The notes beneath the pieces were generated by a model. The model was not told the DNA's origin. It saw only the letters and a program-made list of their open reading frames with translations, and searched no databases. A stretch of DNA of 64,000 bases, taken from IMG/VR virus record IMGVR_UViG_2915650412_000004, positions 11,383 to 75,382 of that record, one strand, 5' to 3'. Positions 56,132 to 64,000 of the stretch are shown piece by piece (the first letter of the stretch is position 1; each line of letters starts with the position of its first letter). The stretch is from a virus. Taxonomy: Duplodnaviria; Caudoviricetes. The position numbers and the translations under genes are program-made.

Positions 56132-56995
56132 ATGAACAAAACAACGTTCTTCGCGTATGCGAGGCGCGCGCCTTTTGGCGGGCGTTTGAGCCAGGCGCAG
56201 GTCGACGGCACGTCGGTTATTCTGGCTGAGGCCGAGCGCCGAGGCCTGCCTGACGAGCAGACGGCTTATGTGCTCGCGACGGCATTCCACGAGACCGGCG
56301 GCAAAATGCAGCCGATCGAGGAAAACCTCAATTATACCAGTGCGGCTCGCATCAGGCAGGTGTGGCCGTCGCGGTTCGCGTCTGTTGCCGCCGCCCAGCC
56401 TTATGTGCGCAATCCGCAGGCTCTGGCTAACAAGGTCTATGGCGGCCGCATGGGTAACACCCGCCCGAACGACGGCTGGCTATATCGCGGTCGCGGGTTG
56501 TCGATGATTACCGGGCGAGACAATTATAAGAAGTACGGCCTGGGTGATAACCCCGACGCCGCGCTGGAGGATGGCACGGCTGTCCGCATCCTGTTTGACG
56601 GGATGATCAACGGCAAGTTCACGGGTAAGCGGCTGGCCGACTATTTCGGTAGCGGTAACGCTAATCCAGTAGGCGCCCGCGCTATCGTCAACGGCAGCGA
56701 CAAGGCCAGCCTCATCGCCGGTTATTACCGCAACTTCCTCGACAGCCTCGTAGCGGCCCGCGAAATGAAGCCTGCCGTCGCCGAAGACGCCAAGCCTGAC
56801 GATGTGCCGTTGCTGCAGGACAAGACTGTGCAGACGATCGTCGCGGGGACAGGTGGCACGCTCGTCACTGGCCTTATCGGTGCGGTGAGCAACCCATGGG
56901 CGTTCGCAACTGTCGCGCTTCTGCTGGTCGCAGCAGGCGCGGGGTTCTGGCTCTGGAAGAGCGCCAGACTTGAATTGAAGAGGGCGGCGGCGTGA
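56132..56995 (+). CDS. Endolysin, glycoside hydrolase family 19, with C-terminal hydrophobic helices
   Basis: HETGG, EENLNY, YRGRGL..ITGRDNY. Confidence 0.9.
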   Translation: MNKTTFFAYARRAPFGGRLSQAQVDGTSVILAEAERRGLPDEQTAYVLATAFHETGGKMQPIEENLNYTSAARIRQVWPSRFASVAAAQPYVRNPQALANKVYGGRMGNTRPNDGWLYRGRGLSMITGRDNYKKYGLGDNPDAALEDGTAVRILFDGMINGKFTGKRLADYFGSGNANPVGARAIVNGSDKASLIAGYYRNFLDSLVAAREMKPAVAEDAKPDDVPLLQDKTVQTIVAGTGGTLVTGLIGAVSNPWAFATVALLLVAAGAGFWLWKSARLELKRAAA

Positions 56996-57180
56996 TATCC
57001 CGCATAGCCATTGAATATGACAGCGATGCGGGAACGGCCACGGTGCGGATCGATAACGGCTCGCAGCAGTGGGACAACGCCAAACTCACAGTCTGCGATG
57101 TCACCGAAACTCGCGACGGCTACCTGCTGCCGCTCAAAGGGCAGCAGCGCATGCTTATTTTGACGGGAGTGCCGACATGA
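56992..57180 (+). CDS. Small hypothetical protein in lysis cassette
   Basis: GTGA coupling. Confidence 0.55.
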   Translation: MISRIAIEYDSDAGTATVRIDNGSQQWDNAKLTVCDVTETRDGYLLPLKGQQRMLILTGVPT

Positions 57181-57413
57181 CCTGGCTGGCAACAATTAAA
57201 GCTCGCCTTGCTGGCTGGGCCGTGGCTATCGCTGCGGCCCTTTCGATTCTGGCGGGTGCCTACCTCAAAGGCAGGGCGGATAACGCGACGAGCGCCACCA
57301 CCGACCGGCTGAAGGCCGCCAACAAAGCAAGGAAAATCGAAGATGAAACGAGCAAGCTTGGCGGCGGTGATGTTGACGCTGCTCTATCTCGGTGGATGCG
57401 TGACAGCCGGTAG
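57177..57413 (+). CDS. i-spanin-like membrane protein
   Basis: N-terminal TM then coiled coil; ATG 57177. Confidence 0.65.
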   Translation: MTWLATIKARLAGWAVAIAAALSILAGAYLKGRADNATSATTDRLKAANKARKIEDETSKLGGGDVDAALSRWMRDSR

Positions 57414-57534
57414 CTACTGCGACGTAGCGCGGGCAATTCGGCCAAGCGTGTCGGACAGCCTGACCGACGGCACGAAGCGCCAGATACTCGCGGAGAACAC
57501 GAAACTGGAAAAGCTCTGCGGGGTGCGGCCGTGA
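57343..57534 (+). CDS. o-spanin-like lipoprotein (overlapping)
   Basis: Lipobox LGGC; overlaps the i-spanin 3' end in another frame. Confidence 0.65.
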   Translation: MKRASLAAVMLTLLYLGGCVTAGSYCDVARAIRPSVSDSLTDGTKRQILAENTKLEKLCGVRP

Positions 57535-57607
57535 GGGCCCGGTATGCCTACGCAAAGGCGTGGCTAGCCTGCCTGTGGCTGGGCGTGGCAGCAAGGGGGA
57601 TTATCGG

Positions 57608-57946
57608 ATGACCGGCGCTGAAATCATGGCCGTGGTCGGCTTTATCGTGATGCTGATGGGCTTTCTGTTCGGCCTATGGAAGTATGTTGAAAGCCAGATT
57701 GCCAAAGCCGAGACCCGCAACGCTGCAAAAGCTGATGCGGCTACGGCTCTTGCCAGCCTGACGCGGCAGGAGCTTTCTGACTACAAGCTGCGCGCGGCTG
57801 AGACGTTCGCCACGAAGGCAGGTATGCAGGAACAGACGTCCCAGATCATGCGGGCAATCGAAAGCGTGGCGCATCGCATCGACGGGCTTACCGAGCGAAT
57901 TGATAACATCATGGCGACGAGAACGACGGGGCGGGGGAGGGGTTAG
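57608..57946 (+). CDS. Single-TM coiled-coil protein, possible holin
   Basis: N-terminal TM; end of lysis cassette. Confidence 0.55.
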   Translation: MTGAEIMAVVGFIVMLMGFLFGLWKYVESQIAKAETRNAAKADAATALASLTRQELSDYKLRAAETFATKAGMQEQTSQIMRAIESVAHRIDGLTERIDNIMATRTTGRGRG

Positions 57947-58794
57947 TCCTGGTCGCCGAGCTCAGATAGTGTTTTTTGCAGGGCGGACTGCAGCGCGGTA
58001 GCCGCCTTTTCTTTTTCTTTCCGCTGAAGATCTTCTTCTAGGATGGCAATGATAACTGCTCTCGCAACCGGATAATGCTTTTTACAGGTCTCTTCATCGA
58101 GCTCATGAATACCCTTGCTGAGTACCTTGTACACTGCTTTGTGTTTAACCAAAACTTCGGGAAGATAATCTGCAAGTTTTGAAATCTTTTCGTCGATTCT
58201 TAATTGATCAAATCCAGAAATTTCCTCGTTCTCGGATTTATATCGATCATAATGTTGATAGATGAGTCGTTCAAATATCCGTCTTAGATATACATATGGC
58301 GCAATCCCGATGCCGTGACTCGCTAAACCACCTGCCCTATGTAGCTCCGAGTAATCTTGCTTATCTAATACTGAACGATATTTTGCAATGTCGTTCGAGC
58401 TTATAGATTCCATGGATGGAAACTGGCCGATTTTTTGAATGCCGTCCTTAGTGAACGATAATGAAAATTTATATTGGTGGTAGTTTTCACGTTGACATTT
58501 TAAGAGTATCGGCAATTCTGTAGTTGATAGTACGCCATTTTCTCGCGCATCGTTGAGAGTTTCATAATAGTTAGATCCAGTGAAGCGGACAAACGTTGAT
58601 TCTTTTTTGCAGTATATGCAGTATATATCAATTTTGATCTTATCATCCCTGATGTATGCTACTTCTTTCTTTCTTTGATCGGGATCATCGTTAAATTTAA
58701 TATCCGTATATAGTGGGCTATCGCAGAGAAACTGATTAACTTTATTTTTGAATGCTTCATTCGCACCGGTGTTAAGTTTCGCTATCGTAACCAA
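57943..58794 (-). CDS. AT-rich moron, HEPN/DUF4145-like; candidate defence protein
   Basis: YLRRIFERLI...LSKGIHE; antisense, low GC. Confidence 0.55.
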   Translation of the reverse strand: MVTIAKLNTGANEAFKNKVNQFLCDSPLYTDIKFNDDPDQRKKEVAYIRDDKIKIDIYCIYCKKESTFVRFTGSNYYETLNDARENGVLSTTELPILLKCQRENYHQYKFSLSFTKDGIQKIGQFPSMESISSNDIAKYRSVLDKQDYSELHRAGGLASHGIGIAPYVYLRRIFERLIYQHYDRYKSENEEISGFDQLRIDEKISKLADYLPEVLVKHKAVYKVLSKGIHELDEETCKKHYPVARAVIIAILEEDLQRKEKEKAATALQSALQKTLSELGDQD

Positions 58795-58976
58795 GTCAAA
58801 CTCCCAATGACGATTTTCTTATAGTTTACCATGCCCCCTGATCTATGCACATCTGCGAGAAAGCTGAAGTCAGGCTTTCCCCATAAATCCACCCATTAAC
58901 ACCACATTTATCGAGACATTCCATCCTTCCTTTCGAGCCGCTCACCACGGCTACCAACCAAACACGAGGAGACTGT

Positions 58977-60263
58977 ATGTCCAATGACAGACAGGGCGCG
59001 GGTGCGCGCCTTTCACACGAAGAACTCCTGCGGCGCGCGGAGGCTTACCGCGAGCACGGCACGCTGGTTAAGGCTGCTGCTGCGCTTGGCATCAAGAAGT
59101 CGGCATTCCACGACAGCATCAAGCGGGCGGCAGAGATTGGGTTGTTGGGTCCGTCGCCGACGTTGCCCGGCTATGCGATCAAAAGCCTGACCGAGACGCC
59201 GAACGGCACTTATATGCGCCAGACAAAAGAGGCTGGTCCGGTTTACGAGCCAACGGCTGGCCTTGCGGTCAAAGGCAAGACGACGCTCGTCAATGCCGAA
59301 GGCAGGGTGATCACGCAGCACATTATGGAGCGGGCTGATGTGCAACAGCAGCGCGCCATTTTGGATGCAACTGTTGCAGGGCTTAAGGATGTACTGCCTC
59401 GTGCGAAGCCCGTCCTCCCGCCTACGCATACTGCGGGTGACCTGCTGAACCAGTATACAATTACCGATCATCACTTAGGCGCCCTTGCGTGGAATGAAGA
59501 AACCGGGGCGGGCGATTACGATTTGAGGATCGGGGAACAACTAATTCTCGACTGGTTTGCCGCGGCTATTGCCCAATCTCCTAACGCCAAGCGTGCGGTC
59601 TTCGCTCAGTTAGGCGATTTTCTGCACTACGATTCATTCAAGAGTCTGACGCCGGAACACGGCCACCTTTTGGACAGCGATAGCCGGTATCCAAAGATGG
59701 TGCGCGCCGCAATCCGTATCATCCGCACCGTTGTGAGGATGCTGCTCGAAAAGCACGAGCAAGTGGACGTAATCATGTGCGATGCAAATCACGATCCAGC
59801 CGGGGAGGTGTGGCTTCGTGAATCTTTCGCTGCGTTTTATGAGGATGAGCCCCGCGTCAACTTCGATACGAACCCGGGAACCTACTCCGTCATTGAGCAC
59901 GGAAACGTCTCGTTATTCTATCACCACGGCCATCGTCGCGGGACTAAAAACGTGGATTCTATCATGGTCGGCAAGTACCGCGAGATCTACGGCCGCACAA
60001 AATACAGTTACGCTCACACCGGCCACCGTCATGCTGACGAACTGCGAACGACCGACCTCATGAAAGTCGAACAGCACGAGACACTAGCCGCTCCAGATGC
60101 GTATGGTTCAAACTGGCTTTCTGGCCGCTCCGCCAAAGTCATCACTTACCACAAGAACTATGGCGAAGACGGGCGTGTGATCTTGTCGGCCGCCCGGGTA
60201 ATGGGCGCCGCGCGTATGCCGGTGGCCGCGAATGATAACCAGCCTAAGCGGGCTGCAGCCTAA
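58977..60263 (+). CDS. HTH plus calcineurin-like phosphoesterase
   Basis: TDHHLG, LGDFLH, DANHD, HHGH, HTGHRH; ACACGAGGAG RBS. Confidence 0.8.
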   Translation: MSNDRQGAGARLSHEELLRRAEAYREHGTLVKAAAALGIKKSAFHDSIKRAAEIGLLGPSPTLPGYAIKSLTETPNGTYMRQTKEAGPVYEPTAGLAVKGKTTLVNAEGRVITQHIMERADVQQQRAILDATVAGLKDVLPRAKPVLPPTHTAGDLLNQYTITDHHLGALAWNEETGAGDYDLRIGEQLILDWFAAAIAQSPNAKRAVFAQLGDFLHYDSFKSLTPEHGHLLDSDSRYPKMVRAAIRIIRTVVRMLLEKHEQVDVIMCDANHDPAGEVWLRESFAAFYEDEPRVNFDTNPGTYSVIEHGNVSLFYHHGHRRGTKNVDSIMVGKYREIYGRTKYSYAHTGHRHADELRTTDLMKVEQHETLAAPDAYGSNWLSGRSAKVITYHKNYGEDGRVILSAARVMGAARMPVAANDNQPKRAAA

Positions 60264-60315
60264 CCACCGCGCCGCCCACCAAGCGGCGCTTTCACTACAA
60301 ACACGAGGAGAATAC

Positions 60316-60756
60316 ATGCTTGAAGAAGCAGAAGACCGCTCCGCGCGAGCAGCTGTTGAAGGACGGCAGATGAGGGCCGGTGGGGCAGTTATAAGTTTCC
60401 TGCCAAAACATTATAACGACAGCCGCAAGCCTCTCGTCATCATCGAAAGCCCATATAGCGGCGAAGTTGCGCGCAACACCGAATATGCCCGCGCCTGCCT
60501 TCTGGACAGTTTGCGTCGGGGCGAGGCACCGATTGCAAGCCACTTGCTGCATACGCAAGTTCTGGATGATATGCGGCCTGATGAGCGAGAACTCGGCATT
60601 GAGGCTGGCCTTGCATGGTATCGGGTGGCGGAGAAGTGCGTCGTCTATGAGGATTGGGGAACAAGTGGCGGCATGATAACGGGCATCAGGCGGGCTAAGC
60701 AGTTTGGCGTGCCGGTTGAGTATCGGCGTCTAGAGACATGGAGGGCAGCGGCATGA
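60316..60756 (+). CDS. Nucleoside deoxyribosyltransferase-like fold protein
   Basis: VIIESPYSG...APIASHLL...GISGGM-like motif; ACACGAGGAG RBS. Confidence 0.6.
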   Translation: MLEEAEDRSARAAVEGRQMRAGGAVISFLPKHYNDSRKPLVIIESPYSGEVARNTEYARACLLDSLRRGEAPIASHLLHTQVLDDMRPDERELGIEAGLAWYRVAEKCVVYEDWGTSGGMITGIRRAKQFGVPVEYRRLETWRAAA

Positions 60757-61085
60757 TCCCCTTCAATGTTGGCGATCAGGTCGTCTGCATCGATGCTAAG
60801 GTTGGCTTCGAACAGCTCATCGAGATCAAGGAAGGCGAAGTCTACACCATTTCCTGGATAGGCCCGTTCGAGCATTACACGCAGGGCAGTTTCGTTGGTG
60901 TTCGCCTCAAAGGCGTTGATCGCGGTATCTGCCCTCAGTTCGGATACGACAATCCTCCGTTCGCTGCGCGCCGGTTTCGGCCGCTTGTTCGCGATAAGCT
61001 GTCGTCAGTTCGTGGACTGCTTGCAGGCGGGCCCGTTACCGAGAAGTTCGAAGAGCCGAAGCGGAAGGTGAGGGAGGAAGTCTGA
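60753..61085 (+). CDS. Hypothetical protein (SH3-like)
   Basis: FNVGDQVVCID; ATGA coupling. Confidence 0.6.
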   Translation: MIPFNVGDQVVCIDAKVGFEQLIEIKEGEVYTISWIGPFEHYTQGSFVGVRLKGVDRGICPQFGYDNPPFAARRFRPLVRDKLSSVRGLLAGGPVTEKFEEPKRKVREEV

Positions 61086-61402
61086 TGGTTCCAGATGCGC
61101 GAATTGATCGTGAGATTGCTGATTGGGCGCGCGTAGGCGCTGCCATAGAAGGCCAGCCTGTATATGACCCGCGCGCAGTTACTTCTGACGGCGGCAGCAC
61201 GAGCTACTACGAGTTACCGCCACAAGCAACCGAACTGAACGACCTGATCGAGTATAAAGGCATGTCCTTTGCGCTCGGCAACATCTTCAAGGCTTGCTAT
61301 AGGTTCGGTGAGAAAGACGCGGCCAGCCGAATGTACGATCTGAATAAGATTATATACTTCGCGGAGAGGCTTAAGGCTTTGGAGCAAAGGCGGGCAGCCT
61401 AA
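61085..61402 (+). CDS. DUF3310-like protein
   Basis: FALGNIFKACYR.G.K...DLNKII. Confidence 0.7.
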   Translation: MVPDARIDREIADWARVGAAIEGQPVYDPRAVTSDGGSTSYYELPPQATELNDLIEYKGMSFALGNIFKACYRFGEKDAASRMYDLNKIIYFAERLKALEQRRAA

Positions 61403-61714
61403 AAAAAGCGCCCCGCAGCGAAAACTGCGCGGGGCATAATAGAAGGTTGTCATATGCCTGCGTTCAAAATTTTATTCAGACGAGACAAAAAGTAAAGCCC
61501 CGACGCTATCGGCAGGCGTCGGGGCCGCGCTTGGCAAATGAAGTGCATGTCCTTGCCAGCGCTCTATCCGCTGAGCTTCGTACGGACTCAGCGAATAGCT
61601 GAAAAATGCCCTGCCGAGGGACGAGTTAGGCAGGGCAGCATCAACTGCAACCATTTGCTGACGCGAATTTTTCCAAGAGATTGTATAACGATTTGGCGTC
61701 CACGATGTTCCCGC

Positions 61715-61930
61715 CTATTCATTTCGATCCTTACCTGAAATCCCGACAAATAGACCGCGCGATACATCATTGATCGCTCTGGCTGCCTCGACGGCTGACC
61801 AGTCCGATTTTTCAGCTTCTTCGATAAGGTTAACGACGCGCCCGGCAACTGCGGTTTGGCAATCTATGTTTCTGTCGGGGTATTTTCCCTCGTGCACCGG
61901 ACCGGATATTTTTCTCGAGCGATTGGGCAT
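61715..61930 (-). CDS. Small hypothetical protein
   Basis: GGGAGG RBS on the minus strand. Confidence 0.5.
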   Translation of the reverse strand: MPNRSRKISGPVHEGKYPDRNIDCQTAVAGRVVNLIEEAEKSDWSAVEAARAINDVSRGLFVGISGKDRNE

Positions 61931-61989
61931 GACGGCCTCCCTCGTTGAGATTTGAAGGTAGGGCGCGTTTTATAAGCTTGTAGTACCGC

Positions 61990-62667
61990 CTAAAACAAAC
62001 TTGCCTGTTCTTCCTTGTTGTCATTGCTTGGCGTTAGGTCGATCAGATCGGCATCCGGCAGAGGCTTTTGCATTTCCTTGGCTTCATCCCATGGAGCGCG
62101 TAACCAGGTGTCGATCTCTTCCGTAGTGCGGAGGATAACCGGCATTGCCTTCGGGTGAACGGGTTTCACGACGGCATTCGGTTCGGTCGTGAGAAAGCCG
62201 AAGATATCGACCTCGACCGGCCCTTCCTTCTTCTTCCTCACGCCTTTCCAGCTTGTCCAGATGCCAGCGAAGGCAAACAGCGGCTTTTCCTCATTGAGAG
62301 CGAACCAGTGCAGCGGCTTGCGTTTTGTCTTCGGGTCTGGTTCCTGCCCGTATTCGGAGAAAGACGTGGCCGGCACAACGCAACGGCTTTCGACACCTTG
62401 CCATCGCCGCCAGTGTGGCGAGGTGAGGTTCCGGATATTTGTTACTCCGCTATCCGCTTCGCCCTTCACATACATCGGCGGTGTAGGCATGCCCCAACGG
62501 AGCATTGCAAGCTCTGGCTCATCGCCTTTGATGTTTCGCAAAACCGGGGCTGGATAGTCGGGAAAGATATCCATCTGCGGATCGACACGGTTTGTCAGGT
62601 CCGAGAATTTCTTGAACAGGCGGCGCATGGCCTCATGTGCCGTGGTCAGGTTATATAGATTGCACAT
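61990..62667 (-). CDS. SRAP (YedK/HMCES) abasic-site protection protein
   Basis: N-terminal MCNLY, RCVVPATSFSEY, AFAGIW, HPKAMPVIL. Confidence 0.95.
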   Translation of the reverse strand: MCNLYNLTTAHEAMRRLFKKFSDLTNRVDPQMDIFPDYPAPVLRNIKGDEPELAMLRWGMPTPPMYVKGEADSGVTNIRNLTSPHWRRWQGVESRCVVPATSFSEYGQEPDPKTKRKPLHWFALNEEKPLFAFAGIWTSWKGVRKKKEGPVEVDIFGFLTTEPNAVVKPVHPKAMPVILRTTEEIDTWLRAPWDEAKEMQKPLPDADLIDLTPSNDNKEEQASLF

Positions 62668-62700
62668 GCGCTCCTCCTCGTTGAGGAGAGAATAGCGCGG

Positions 62701-62886
62701 TTATTTGCGCCGTCCAGCTAATGCATCTTCGCCTTCCTGTTTATGGGCGCGGCAGAACCATAGCTGTCCATACGTCGTCTTGTAGCCGAACGATCCCCAT
62801 TCATTGCAGCCGTTTGAATCGCAGAGATGCACGAATAGGCTCCCGGCCTTCACTACGTGTGCGTTGTCGTTCTTATATCCGCTCAT
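62701..62886 (-). CDS. Small Cys/His hypothetical protein
   Basis: HLCD...C...WFCRAH. Confidence 0.55.
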   Translation of the reverse strand: MSGYKNDNAHVVKAGSLFVHLCDSNGCNEWGSFGYKTTYGQLWFCRAHKQEGEDALAGRRK

Positions 62887-63191
62887 TTGTACCAGTACTT
62901 TCCATCATTCCACATATACGGTCGCCGAAATTCCAACCGTTTTGTATCTCGCAATTCTTCAAACATCCGTTTCACGAGACCTACAACCTCCTCCTTGTTC
63001 TCACATACACCATACGGCAACCCCTGAAATGGGCTTCGCGTGCAAACCAAGCCCCACTCCCAAGTTCCTGCGCTCGGGCCAAAGTCGCGTCTCATGATAC
63101 GGCAGAAGCTTCCCCATTCCGTATAAGCAATGAAATCACCGGAACGGGTCTGACCCCCGATCACTGTTCTTTTCCATTTCAGGATCATCAT
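62883..63191 (-). CDS. Hypothetical protein
   Basis: Coupled in minus-strand operon. Confidence 0.55.
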   Translation of the reverse strand: MMILKWKRTVIGGQTRSGDFIAYTEWGSFCRIMRRDFGPSAGTWEWGLVCTRSPFQGLPYGVCENKEEVVGLVKRMFEELRDTKRLEFRRPYMWNDGKYWYK

Positions 63192-63397
63192 TTTTCAGGC
63201 AGTCCATAGCTGATGAAGTTACCCGCCTTGTTTCCGCACTTGCTGCAAACAAGCCGTGGTTCAATCTCTTCGAGCGTTACCCATTCTCCGAACCGAGCGG
63301 CCATAAGCGGGGCTGTCCTTTCCAGATAATGCCGACAACGCGCACAGCTAAAGCGCACGACGTTTCGCGGGCGCAGTTCTCGCAGCACCGTTCGCAT
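63188..63397 (-). CDS. Zn-ribbon protein
   Basis: CARC...CSKCG. Confidence 0.6.
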   Translation of the reverse strand: MRTVLRELRPRNVVRFSCARCRHYLERTAPLMAARFGEWVTLEEIEPRLVCSKCGNKAGNFISYGLPEK

Positions 63398-63398
63398 T

Positions 63399-63596
63399 TC
63401 ATTTCACGAAGATTGTCGGCTTCCAGCCTCGCGCAAAGCCCATCGACATAGCCAGACTGGCGTATTCGATCTCCTTCACGAGAAAATCCCGATCCTTGAG
63501 AAGTGATTCTATCGCAGCTCGCACATCGCCCTTGTGGTAGGCGAGAACCATTTCAATTTCGTCGTCGTAATCATTTTCCTGCGCAACCGCATTCAT
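63399..63596 (-). CDS. Small hypothetical protein heading the SOS operon
   Basis: EIEMVLAYHKGDVRAAIESLL; ATG 63596. Confidence 0.65.
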   Translation of the reverse strand: MNAVAQENDYDDEIEMVLAYHKGDVRAAIESLLKDRDFLVKEIEYASLAMSMGFARGWKPTIFVK

Positions 63597-63665
63597 TGTT
63601 CTGCTCCAGTGAAGCAGACACACGCCACCAAGCATGTCTGTGAGGTTATCGGGCCGCCTTCCGAT

Positions 63666-63680
63666 GTTCCTAAAATGTTC
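63666..63680 (-). promoter_or_regulatory. LexA (SOS) box
   Basis: GTTC-CTAAAAT-GTTC (GAAC-N7-GAAC on minus) upstream of the operon containing SRAP. Confidence 0.75.
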
Positions 63681-63763
63681 TCATTGGTGACGAGAGTCAA
63701 TCGCGATCTTGATGCTGTGGAAAGACGGTGGATTGTCTGTGGATTTCCTGTCCTTTGTCACGC

Positions 63764-64000
63764 TTAACTGACGACGGTCTTCTGCCAAATTCCATCGCCA
63801 AAAGGCTTGCCGCCATGCCGACGCATGAAAGCGCTCATGCACTTTTCAGTAGGAAAACTGAATACGCAGAAATCAATTCCGGATTTGCGGGCCATGCGGT
63901 GAGGCAGGCGAGCGCCGAGCCGATCAGCATCACGATGAACCTCGCGACGGGCAAACTTCAAAGCATAAGCTTCTGGGAGAGCTACCTGGAACGTTTTCAT
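63764..64000 (-). CDS. Hypothetical protein
   Basis: 78-aa ORF beginning at the window edge. Confidence 0.5.
   Translation of the reverse strand: MKTFQVALPEAYALKFARREVHRDADRLGARLPHRMARKSGIDFCVFSFPTEKCMSAFMRRHGGKPFGDGIWQKTVVS

Larger units (their letters stand above)
1..64000. mobile_element. Temperate HK97-like siphophage/prophage (helper), ~48 kb excluding the nested satellite; ends not visible in window
   Basis: Complete ordered head-tail-lysis module plus replication/recombination genes; no host housekeeping genes seen. Confidence 0.9.

Noticed and set aside
8720-60756. Every C-terminal AA as a ClpX degron
   Set aside because: Several arise at GC(A/G)GCATGA gene overlaps and may be coupling by-products; only ANDN-associated cases are counted as strong

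Overview
The window is almost entirely one temperate, HK97-like siphophage or prophage. An alphaproteobacterial host of the Rhizobiales/Brucella-Ochrobactrum type is inferred from the gene content, GAAC-N7-GAAC LexA boxes and a cuckoo sRNA. The order is: recombination/replication/methylase genes (1-16.7 kb), tRNA-Met, packaging HNH-terS-terL, portal-protease-capsid-tail-lysis (36-58 kb), then accessory and SOS genes. A 16,030-bp integrase-bearing element is nested in it (19922-35972), bounded by the direct repeat TCAACAACATGATCAC(T/C)ATAA. It has inserted into the last codons of terL and rebuilds an equal-length TerL C-terminus. This satellite encodes its own Rep with iterons, tRNA-Gln, major capsid protein, HNH, TerS, a cos-like site, tail chaperone, gp10-like protein and tape measure. 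It has no portal, protease, TerL or tail tube. Its cargo is a LexA-boxed GNAT toxin-antitoxin pair and a GHKL-kinase/STAS/membrane trio. The most striking hidden signal is a satellite hairpin just upstream of its tRNA, whose loop is exactly complementary to ACACGAGGAG. The helper uses that 10-mer as the ribosome-binding site of at least 7 non-structural genes. The helper also encodes a three-module CCUCCUCCC (cuckoo) sRNA and many proteins with tmRNA-tag-like ANDN...AA motifs. All product calls come from motif recognition by eye; no database searches were run.
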